Assembly: GCA_025201805.1 (NCBI GenBank)
Contig: MU619243.1
Location: 331,436-395,435, forward strand
From: Parasitella parasitica NRRL 2501
Taxonomy: Eukaryota; Fungi; Mucoromycota
DNA length: 64,000 nucleotides
Direction: 5' to 3'
Shown here: one piece after another, positions 52,950 to 64,000 of the stretch
How positions within the stretch are numbered: the first letter of the stretch is position 1
Layout: each line of letters opens with the position of its first letter
Translations under genes and position numbers: made by a program
Notes under the pieces: generated by a model
Databases searched by the model: none
The model's input: only the letters and a program-made list of their open reading frames with translations
Told to the model about the DNA's origin: nothing

Positions 52950-55020
52950 GTGTGTCTACTCTCTTTTATTTTGCTGGTGCTCAAGCTGCAGCCGAAGCTT
53001 TCTCTTGAAACAGCATATAGAATCATTAGAATTTGCTATTTTCCATGAGTTAATTGCACCAGGAATACTCTATGGAAATAAAACACCTTGAGTGATTAAA
53101 AATACATACCTTTCAGTTTTTCATGCGTGCATTTTAATCATGATGATGAATTAAGTATTCAACTGACCTATGCATACATACACGACACTACTAGATACAC
53201 TGGTTAACGTATACTGGAATGGGAAAATTGACACTGCTAACCTTGGTTTTAATGCTTTCTGCACCACCTTTACTTGTTTGCCTTTATATACAAAGAGCAT
53301 GTAATTCATCATTTACTTGCGTGGGTTTATTTGAGAAGCATCTTCATGCTGCATAAACAGAAATAAAATTATGTGTTACAAAAAGGAAGAAAAAGTGATT
53401 GCCCTTATAAATTTCAACCAGCGGTTCTCGTACCTGATATAACTATGGCAACGAAATTAGGCATCAAATGGTAAGAGTATGTGGTCAAGAATACATGATG
53501 GAAAATTAATATAGCTGTCCGTTGGTAGGTATAGTATATAGTTGCATGTGATTACCATGTTATTTGTTTGTGTATGCCTCTCCATTCCCCTTAAACTGAC
53601 AGAAAGTACAATGCGCTTTGCTGTCTGTGCTACTTACGGATTGACAGCTGCTACTGATGGCTTTTACAAGCATGAATTGAATGCTCTTTCTCTCTTGTCC
53701 ATTGAGTACTTCAACAATTAGATGCATTCGAAACAAGTATCACTGAAGAGGTACTCGATCTTTTTTTTTTTTTTTTTTTTTTTTTNNNNNNNNNNGATTA
53801 GGGTTACACTTATAAATGCGAAAACAAATCAGAGCACTTATTTCTCGTCAGGTGCATGTAAAATCCATGAAAAGTAAACAAAAGCTAAAGGGACATCCAA
53901 TTTAGACATGAGGGCGAAAAAGTGCAGAGAGGACTGAATAGTTGCACAATCCGCAGCGTCATGGAGATCAAGGGCAGAGGCATGAAGGCAGCAATGTGCT
54001 TAAAAGCGGGACCCAGCTCTGATGATGTTTTGGGCAGCAGGAGACAGCCCGTTAAACAGTGCTTGAACAGATCGAAAATCTGGGCACGATGCAACCGAGA
54101 AGTAGGCTTAAGGCGATAGCGGCTCTGAACGTTGATGGACGAGAAAGCAGCTAGCAATCAGCAGCGTTAGCACTGACAGAAGAAACGTCTGGAGGAATAC
54201 TGTCTACGGAGAGAAGCAGCATGAACATCGTGGACAAAAGGAGACTCAGCATTCGAGCAAACTTTATATGGCCATTCTAATCCTAATCGAAATGCTGTAT
54301 TGCCTCGCCCAAAAAAAAAAAAAACAAAAACTGAATCCGACACCGAAAATGAACAAAATTTGGCATTTGTTGTGGAGATTATCTGCTCCAACATTTAAAA
54401 ATGCGGCACAGGATTTGAAGCTACTTTGTTAAATGTGCTTGAAACCTACAAAGCGAAATATCTGATCCAGAGGGCATTGCAGTTTTAATGGCTCTGCTCT
54501 GCTAAATATAAATTGCAATGGAAGACTCGGACTCTTTCCTTGAGCCACTTCCACCCAATATCAAGAAGAAAAGAAAGGAGGACTACAGTACCATTTGGAC
54601 AGATTCGTTCAGATGCCTAATAATTTAACTGTTTTTGATTTGGTCTGGACTTGTTACATTTCTCTATTATGCAATATACATATATAATATATATACCAAT
54701 GTTAGAAATTCAAGGTGTGAGCATTCTCTAGTAGAAAAAAGCGCTCGGATTTTGATTGTATTTTTGCCAGATGTTAGGGTATAATGCAAACAAACTTAAT
54801 CAGTCAGATTAAATCAATAATTGTGAAATCGACCTTTAACGAAAGCTACAAATGTAAACATTTTGTGTCACGTATACAGGAAGGCCTGGAATGAAGAAAT
54901 GAGTCTCAGGTGTTACAAAACAAGAAAAAGATCTACACCCAGCGTTAATTTTCGTTTTTTAGTGCCTTTCTTCCTATATACATATATTTTTCTTTGATTA
55001 TTTGCACTTGTAAAAAGCCT

Positions 55021-57694
55021 ATGGGAGCCTCATCCGATTCCAGCACGATAACAAAACTTGTAAAACTAGGCTGTTTGATAGGCTTCATCTTCGTTGGCTT
55101 AACTTCATTGCTTCGTTTTATATTTGGTAAGAAAATCAGTCTATTTTGCAAAAGTAGGCTTTGATTACTGATTTTTGGTCTGTAGTCCCTAAGGACCGAA
55201 GCCGGTGTTCAAGTTTATTAAATCATGGCTGGTGGGTTGATGATACATACAAAAATTGGCAGCCAGCGAGCTGTATGATGCACAACTACAAACAGCCAGA
55301 GATATCAGAGTGTCTTGGCCATTCTCGTATAGTCTATGTTGGAGATTCAATTATACGACAGCAGTTTTTTGCAGCTCTAAACTTGATCAAGCCTGGCGTG
55401 GATACAACAGGAGAACCGCACGTTAATCGCAAATACGTATTTAATGACCAACATCTGACACTAGAGTTCTGGTGGGATCCATACTTGAACGAAACAACAG
55501 ACCTACTGCAAGGAGCTTTGCCTTCAATCCGACCTAGTTTGATGGTGGTAGGCTCAGGCGCATGGCAAATGCGTTATTTAGGAAACGATTACTTTGAGGA
55601 ATGGAGAAAGGGAATGGACACCATTTTTGATGCTGTGCAACAAACACAGGTGGCAGATGCAGTACTATTGAGTCCCGTCGAAATACCACAGTATGAAAAA
55701 TTAGGAGCCAACCGAACACTGACGATGACTATCGAAAAAATCACTAAAATGAACGACTATCTAATGGACAAGCAGGATCAATTGCAGAAGCCAAAAACAC
55801 CTCTAGTTGTGCCCTTTGTCTGGAACGAACTCGGCACAATGGCATCAAATGTGACGGAAGACGGGCTCCATTATAACCCAATTATCACCACAGTGCAAAC
55901 GCAAATCGGTCTCAACTATCGATGTAATGATCAGCTCAGTAAAAAGTTCCCGATAAGCAATACCTGCTGCTTCAACTATCCAGCACCAAGGTGGTATCAA
56001 TTAGCGTTTATGGCCTTCTTTTTGTTCTGGGTGCCTGCTGGGTTTTTGGTCAAGAATACAACATCAGGTACGAGTTTTTTTTTGATAGCGTATAGGCTTG
56101 TAACACTGGAATTTGGTTGTAATCGTGCCTGTCAAAAATAGATACTTCGGTACTGAGCAAGCTGTTTCCTTGCAAGAAGCTTTTGAACGCTTGCTTCGTG
56201 TTTGGATTATGTGTGATTTACATGTTTTATGGCGACAGAACACAATTGTTAGGTAAAATCCAGAAAAACTTCAATGCTACGGTATTTATTGGGATGATGA
56301 TGGCGACCGCCGTGCTGGGCCTGGCCAAATTGCAGCACAAAAAGGAAGGAGACCAGGGATTTCTGAATCGCCACCAAACCGATGAATGGAAAGGATGGAT
56401 GCAGGTGATTATCTTGGTATACCACTTTTGCGGAGCGTCAGGAACGTCAGGCATTTATAATGCTGTGCGCATCTTGGTAGCTGCGTACCTATTTCAAACG
56501 GGCTATGGTCACTTTTTCTTCTTTTACAAAAAGGCTGATTTTGGCATGGGCCGAATTTTAAATGTCATGGTACGACTTAACTTTTTGACATTCGTATTAC
56601 AATACTTGATGAACACCGATTATTTGAGCTACTACTTTACTCCACTGGTGTCATTTTGGTTTTTGGTGATCTGGGTGGTCATGTATGCTGGACATCAATG
56701 GAACAAGGTACCGGCATTCATGTTGACCAAGCTTGCTCTGTCCTGTGTTGCCACTACAGCATTCATCAAAGTCAACGGCATCTTGGAATTCGTGTTTCAG
56801 ATTTTGGAAATTGTGTTTAATGTGCATTGGAATGCTGGTGAATGGCGCTTTCGCTTAGCCCTGGATGCTTATATTGTCTATGTGGGCATGCTCTGTGCTT
56901 ATATATTTATCAAAATGACAGAACAAAAGGTAGTAGACCATCCACGCTTCCCTCTGCTTAAGAAGGGGTCTCTTGTATTCTCTGTGCTGGCCATGGTCTG
57001 GTATTTTTGGTACGAAATCACCCGTGAAAACAAGTTTGTTTACAATGACACGCATCCTTACATCTCCTGGGCTCCTATTATGGCATTCATTTTCCTTCGC
57101 AATGCAAATGTTTATTTACGAAACACGCATTCTGAATTTTACGCTTTCATTGGCAAGATCTCGCTGGAAACCTTCATAGGCCAATTTCACATGTGGCTAG
57201 CTGGCGATACCAAAGGCTTACTAGTGATTTTAGCACATCCAACTTGGGTAGCCGGTCTTGGATGGTGGGTCAATTTTATAATCTCGAGCTGTTTATTTAT
57301 CTTTGTCTGTCACTACATGAGCCAGAGTACACACGCTATTTCTGTTTATATCTGTAAATTGGCTCAATCAAAATCAACAGATGGCTCAACTACAGTAGCA
57401 GCACGATCTGCTGGAGGGAGGGAATACCAGGCTGTGCCTCTTTTACCAACATCAACACCAGAAGTTCAGACCTCATCTACAGGCATTGATCCCGCTGTGC
57501 AGCCTACACATGCCAAACAGGAAGCGGCCATAATGCAACTGCAACAGGAGCAGGATTTGCAAGAGGGCGAAATATGGGACGCATCACTTGTCAACGAAAA
57601 GAAACCAAGTTTAATTACAAGGGTTTTAGACGATACCCGAGTTAAAGTGCTTCTATTTTTTATTGTAGTCGGATTACTGAATAATTTCTGTTGA
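55021..57694 (+). CDS. CAS1: Cas1p/CASD1-family O-acetyltransferase (SGNH domain plus multi-TM domain); two introns
   Basis: N-terminal anchor exon, then YVGDS, FWWDP, DGLH, FLNRHQTDEWKGWMQ, AAYLFQTGYGH and GKISLETFIGQFHMWL. This is the fungal capsule CAS1, unrelated to CRISPR Cas1. Confidence 0.92.
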
Positions 57695-58026
57695 TTTAAT
57701 ACATATTAAAGTATGCCTATTTTATATAGCAAACTCCATAAATTCACCCCATGTTATAGCAATCTGAAAATTCGGTTCTATTTAGCACGGCGGAGGTTCC
57801 TTGGTGGCTATTTGCAGTTATGAATCGACTCGCTGAAGCAATCATGGGAATAGTATTGCTTGAAGAAAACACAGAGAGACTAGCAATAAACATGTTGTTA
57901 TTCATTGATGGGCCCCATTACTTTTCTGCACATCTCGGTAGTAATCACAACAAAATATGCCATCATCACAGCTTGTGTATCGTTGTATTTTTCTAATTTA
58001 TTGAATAGAGCAACTTTATTGTAATG

Positions 58027-60477
58027 CTATGATATACCGCTAGTAGTTGCTTCGTCTTGAAATTCAATCAATACCTGCCCTGATCGCACGTTATTTCCTG
58101 CTTGAACATGAATTTTCTTGATAATACCCGATTGGGGCGTCCTCAGGATATTTTGCATCTTCATAGCTTCAACTACTACCAATTCGGTCCCTTCTATCAC
58201 CTCTTCCCCTTCATTGACAGCGATGCTAATAATACGGCCAGGCATTGGACTCGATATAATTTTACTCTGCTCGGTGGTGGACTTTGATTTCATGTATTTG
58301 AATAGATTATTTTGCTCTTCAGTATATATATTGACTTTGTATTTGCTACCATGATATTGGATTCGGAAACCCATGTCCAGCGGGTCAAGATACTGTAGCA
58401 CCAAAGGTTTTTTAGAGTCACCCACTAATGAATGTGCCAATAAACCATTTAAAGGCCATTTAGTAGAAAATTTAAAACTACCTTCAGGTGAAACGGCCTA
58501 ATCAAACAAAGAGGATGAGAACATGCATATAAAAAGGTGAAGTATAAACTACCTCGAATTCTGTTTCGGCTATATGTTTGACTTTGATATTGGATTTTTT
58601 AACTTGTTGGCTTTGTTCATCCGTGATTTCTACCCATAAGGACGATATACTGGGCAGTAACATCGAGGCACCTTGCCTGTTTTGAAATTCCTTCTTCATC
58701 CATAATGCACTAGTTACAGCAGCCAGCTGTTGCATAGCTTCTTTGCTCAACTGTTCTGTTTGAAATCCATTTGGATATTCCTCAGCCAAAAAATGAGTTG
58801 TGATCTGCGTGCCGTCTTGAAAACGAGAATGAGCAAATACTGCTCTCAAGAGTGGGATGTTGTGCGTAACGCCCTTGATAACATACTCGTCCAAAGCTTT
58901 CAACATATACTGCAGTGCTTCTTGTCTCGTGTTGCCGTGTGTTGCCAATTTGCAAATTAGGGGATCATACTCTACATGCATTTCTGAGCCTTCTACGAAA
59001 CCAGAATCACAACGGATTTTGCCTTCAATGGCTAAAGGCTCTTGGTATGTCAATAATCTACCAACCGAGGGCAAATATTTCTCTGGATCCTCTGCGTAAA
59101 CTCGAGATTCAAAGGCCCAGCCTTTGATGTCTATTTCTTCTTGTTTTAGTACAAGCGGGTGATTTGCTGCCGAGTAGAGCATTTGTTCAACTAAATCCAA
59201 TCCTGTAACATACTCTGTAATGGGGTGTTCTACTTGCAGTCGAGTATTCATCTCCAAAAAGTAGAAATTTCGCGACGAATCAACTAGAAATTCGACTGTT
59301 CCTGCCGAGTTGTAGCCGACATGTCTAGCCAAGGCAACTGCCTGTTCTCCCATCTTTCGTCTAGTTTCATCGTCTACATGAACACTGGGTGATTCTTCAA
59401 TGACTTTTTGATTTCGACGTTGGATGGAGCACTCTCGTTCGGGCAAGTAGACGACGTTGCCAAAATTATCTCCCAGCACTTGTACTTCAATGTGGCGAGG
59501 GTTATCAATATACTTTTCAATCAACATGCGGTCATCACCAAACGAGGATTTTGATTCCTGCTTGGCTAATTTGAACCCGTCTCTCAATTCCTTGTCGTTC
59601 CTAGGCGATTTTGCATCCCGTCAGCGCTTGACAAAAGAGAAACTCCCTCCCCCTCCCCAACACCACGGCAGCTTACCATGCAATCCTCATGCCTTTTCCT
59701 CCACCACCAGCGCTCGCTTTTATCATGACTGGATAGCCGATATCTTGATTCGCGATACGTAGAGCATCTTGTACGCTATCGACTTCACCATCAAACCCAG
59801 GTATGCAGTGCACACCGCTTGCCTTTGCAATCAATTTGCTCTGAATTTTGTCCCCCATTGCTGCGATGGCTGATGCTGTAGGCCCAACAAATGTGATCTT
59901 GTTTTGCTCTAGCACTTTTACAAATGTGGGATTCTCGCTTAAAAACCCGTAACCCGGGTGCACAGCTTCCGCCCCTGTGCGTTGTATAGCTGATAAAATG
60001 CGGGGTATTGACAGGTATGATTCTGACGAAGAGGCAGGTCCTAAATGAACGGCTTCATCAGCCATCTGCACATGCAGTGCATTGGCATCCAAATCAGAAT
60101 ATACGGCCACTGTTTTTATGCCCATCTTCTTGGCAGTCTTGATTATGCGGCAAGCAATTTCGCCTCGATTGGCAATCAATAGCTTGTCGAATGTCTACAT
60201 CAGATATTTAAAATACAGTGAATATTGCTGTACATTTCTTTTTTCTTGAGGATTCATTTTTTTTTTTCGTTTTTCTTTTTTATACCTTTTTCAAAGGTAT
60301 TGGTAAAGGGGCATTGATTGTAGCCTTAGATGTCAGTGGTATATTGGGTATAGTCAGTGTGGATTGTGTTTGTAATAGCCGTACGATGACAGATTGAGGT
60401 CTTTGCATTGGCAAAAATCGACTTGCCCGCAAAATAGAAGTGGATCTTTTGATCGTATTGACCAATTGCTTTGACAT
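58027..60477 (-). CDS. PCCA: Propionyl-CoA carboxylase alpha subunit (biotin carboxylase plus biotinyl domain), mitochondrial; multi-exon
   Basis: Motifs [41 protein letters not shown] (PCC-type), YQEP and EAMKM, plus an N-terminal presequence. Confidence 0.82.
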
Positions 60478-60882
60478 TGGTATTACTATTATATTGTTAT
60501 AAAGTTCTATGTGTTTAAAAAGTAGAAAAGAGCCTGGTGGGAAAAACGAATGGTTCTGGACATTGAATTTGGAGGTCACATTGGGCAAAATGTCAAGGTT
60601 TCCTATCTCTTTCATAGAGTCATGGACAACTGATGAATAGTTAATCAGGAACACCGTTGCCATGGCAGCGAATTCAGGGGTAAAGACACTTGAAAAGATT
60701 GGCTGTAGCTAGTAACATGGAGCATAAACTGAAAGGAATGCGCACGAAATAGTAGTAAAATGAATGGCCACTTTAATAAGCGACCTCTTTTTTATTTTTT
60801 GTTTTTTGTTTTTTTCAAAATATCCACGACCGACATTTCTTCTTTTCCTGCCTCCTGTTCGCCTCAATAACACAATTGCAAC

Positions 60883-62444
60883 ATGTCTATGGCCGAATAC
60901 AAGATCAAAAGGGATGCTTGTCGTCCAAAAGTATTAGACAAATACGAAATTATCGGCTTTATTAGCTCTGGTACATACGGTCGAGTATACAAAGCGCGGT
61001 CAAGAAATAAGTAGGAGCTTGACAGACACATCAATAAAAATGGGATTCTCACTGCTTGCACCCTAGAGACGATCCTCGTGAGTTTGCCATCAAAAAATTC
61101 AAACCAGACAGAGAAGGTGATACTCATCATTATGTCGGTATATCACAATCAGCCTGTAGAGAAATAGCAGTAAGACAACATTCGATGCACTATACAATTC
61201 CTCCCATTGACATGCGAAATAAAGCTATGTAGAGAGCTCAAGCACGAGAATGTGGTATCATTAGAGGAAGTGTTACTGGAAGACAAAGCAATTTTTATGG
61301 TGTTTGAGTATGCAGAGCATGATTTTCTGGTAGCAGATCATTTAAAAAATCAAGAAAGTACTCTACTAAAACCTCAAACTCTTTTAGCAAATCATCCATT
61401 ATCATTTACACACAGAACGAAAGCCTATCCTGGAAGTGGTTGTTAAATCCATCTTGTGGCAATTAATAAACGGGGTTGCTTATTTACATTCTAATTGGGT
61501 TCTGCATCGTGATCTGAAGCCGGCTAACGGTAAGTGTGTTCTCACAAATGTCAAACACTGCTGTAACCATATTCAACGAATCCAGTGCTACTGACGAGCG
61601 AAGGTATTGTGAAGACGGGTGATTTAGGTCTTGCGAGATTATTCAACAAGCCTCTCCAACCATTGTTTAACGGTGATAAGGTCGTTGTTACAATCTGGTA
61701 TCGTGCACCTGAACTTTTATTTGGATCAAGACATTACACAAAAGCTATCGATATGTGGGCAGTTGGATGCATTTTTGGAGAATTGTTAGCCTTAAAACCT
61801 ATTTTCAAGGGAGAGGAGGCAAAGATGGATGGTAAAAAGAATGTGCCGTTTCAGAGGAGCCAACTGACAAAGATCTTTGAAATTATGGGCACACCAACAA
61901 GTGAGTGAATTGCTTTTGTATCATGCTCTCAGCCATCTCACACGTCCATCACAGAGGAAAGATGGCCAACGATAGATCAGCTACCGGACTATCCTCATTT
62001 AAGCTCTTTTCCACAGTAAATGTTGGCTTTTAGTGGCTCATACTATAACAATACTTAACCATCTCGTGTAGATGTCCAAACAATCTCAAGCAAGTATACC
62101 AAATGATGTTGAGTCCAAAGAGTGAAGCTGGCTTCAATTTGTTATCAGCACTGCTAGAATATGACCCTGCCAAAAGAATCACAGCAGAAAAGGCTCTGAA
62201 CCATCCTTATTTCCAGGAAGATCCAAAACCGGTGATGAAGTAAGTTGAATCCTTGGGGTTGATGTGCCCAAAATAATACTTATGATAAATTATCTGCCCT
62301 CCTAGTGTCTTGTCGCAGCAAGGTGTTGAGTACCCTCTTCGACGTATCACGCAAGAAGACAATGATATCAAAGCATCTAAACAAGTCCAACCCAACAAGG
62401 ATGATCATTCAAGTAGACTGATTAAAAAACCTAGAAATGCTTGA
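60883..62444 (+). CDS. SSN3: Mediator kinase Cdk8/Ssn3/Srb10; multi-exon
   Basis: Motifs [39 protein letters not shown] and [14 protein letters not shown]. Confidence 0.95.
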
Positions 62445-62593
62445 AAGAGCAACTTTTCCCACAGTTTGATATATATAGAATATGCTGCGTTTTTGCCCTG
62501 CAAATAAATGATGTGTCGTGTATATCAGGGATTCTATCAAAGACACCTTTGATTTATTTCAACGATATAAAGAATTTTACTGATATAATACAT

Positions 62594-64000
62594 TTAGTTG
62601 TGGCTGTTATCTTTCTTTGACAAAGTACTTGAGATCTGGCTTTTAGCCGCATTCACAGCCTGGACTTTGGCCTGATGAGAGGAAGGGATGGTAGGCTTTC
62701 TCAAAGGTCTAATATCGTCGGCAGCAAATCCAGGTATACGAATGTTCCAATTGCGTTCTAAACATTTAAAACAAGCAATGTCAAGATCAATGCCCATCCT
62801 TCCCAAACCAGCACAGACTTACCCAAATGCAATTGAACATCCTTTACCTCTAATGTGTCAGACTTGCGATGCTTTGCCAATTGGCAAGCAAATGTTGTAA
62901 CAGATTCGATGAATTCATCAGCGATTTCTAAAAGTATCTACAAACAACCAATTCAGATTTGTGTGCGTTCCATCAGCCTCAGATCCAACAAACTTACATC
63001 TTCGACCTCAGGCTCTAGTCTTTCGGAGGGATCAATCTGCGAGACTAATTCTTGAATCTTACGCTTAGTTAATACACGGTGAACACCATCACTATCCAAA
63101 GAAGGGGCAGATGCTGGCTTGGGGGCTGGAGCTGGTGTGGGGACAGGGACATTTGTAGCGCTGCCGCCTGGCGTAGTAACAGTAGAGACAGCTAATGGTG
63201 TTGCAGCTGCTACATTCGAGGCGGGTACTTGTGTATTGTTGGTAGGAAATGTAAACATGCCATTGTTCTTTACTGCGGCGGCGGCAGCGGCTACGGCTGC
63301 TTGTGCTGCAGCAGTTGTTGGCGCAGATACGTTGCCCTTGACATTAGGCGATGCTGTCATGGGAGATGGAAATCCTCCTTGTGGTGATCCGCTGCTTAAT
63401 TGTTGAGCAGCTAGACCAAGCTTATTCATGGCCTGTTGTGCCTGTTGCTGCTGTTGAGCTGTACCTAATACAATTATTACAAAAAATGGCCAAACATTGT
63501 ACACATTGATATTTTACATACGGATTTGCTGTTGTTGCTGAGCAGGGTTACCAGCAGCAAATTGAGCATACTGTTGTTGCTGTTGTTGCTGTTGCTGAGG
63601 ATTAAACGAAGCGGGAGAGCCTGGGGCAGATGCTCCACCCATATTGTCATTTGCTGATGCTGGTGAGTTTATTTGCTGCTGATTGTTGGTATTCATTTGT
63701 TGAGATAATACGCGTTGCTGTAAGTTTTGAGCAACCATTTGCGGGTTAAGATTGCTGATAAGTGTTTGGAGCATAGATAGCTTTGTTTGGAGTTCTTGCT
63801 CCTGCTTCTTGTATTGCTCTTTATCTTTTTCTGATATGTCGGTTCTTTCGATATTGCTGCGTAGTAGTGCTATATTGTTGTTTAAAAACTCGATGTTTTT
63901 CTGATATTGGATGATCATCTGTGGTAACTGGTTCATGTGGTTTTGTTGCTGTTGCTGCTGCTGCTGCTGCTGCTGTTGCTGTTGCTGCTGATTATTCGAC
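62594..64000 (-). CDS. TAF12: TFIID/SAGA subunit Taf12, 3' part; gene starts beyond the window
   Basis: Histone fold [64 protein letters not shown], with a Q-rich N-terminal region. Confidence 0.93.

Noticed and set aside
53885-54480. Short ORFs upstream of CAS1
   Set aside because: No recognisable domain. The DNA may be decayed coding sequence but I cannot support a call.
55021-57694. CAS1 as a CRISPR gene
   Set aside because: The name is a coincidence. The protein is a membrane O-acetyltransferase, and no repeat-spacer array exists in the window.

Overview
This is eukaryotic, intron-rich fungal DNA, most consistent with a Mucorales (Mucoromycota) genome, judged from gene content, short GT-AG introns and long poly-A/T tracts; several N-gaps interrupt it. 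About 19 housekeeping or conserved genes can be read: SEC6 (3' part), KOG1/Raptor, SIP5-like, CCR4, short/branched acyl-CoA dehydrogenase, NIF3, an NmrA-like protein, a rhodanese-PTP phosphatase, MDM34, a class II myosin, DCD1, RNR2, CysRS, an SPX-VTC protein, DUG2, CAS1, propionyl-CoA carboxylase alpha, SSN3/CDK8 and TAF12 (3' part). There are three accessory stretches. (1) 1.6-3.3 kb: degenerate ~330-bp repeats. (2) 31.7-35.1 kb: an orphan PIN/FEN1-like nuclease ORF with a decayed 3' continuation. (3) 48.3-54.5 kb: pseudogenes, a hairpin-rich non-coding island with a telomerase-template-like motif, and a 1,136-bp foldback element whose outer 451-bp arms match perfectly. The best leads are the structured non-coding island, the orphan nuclease, the foldback element, a CCR4 missing a conserved Asp, and a short-tailed myosin II. 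Gene boundaries were refined by eye across introns and no searches or folding programs were run.
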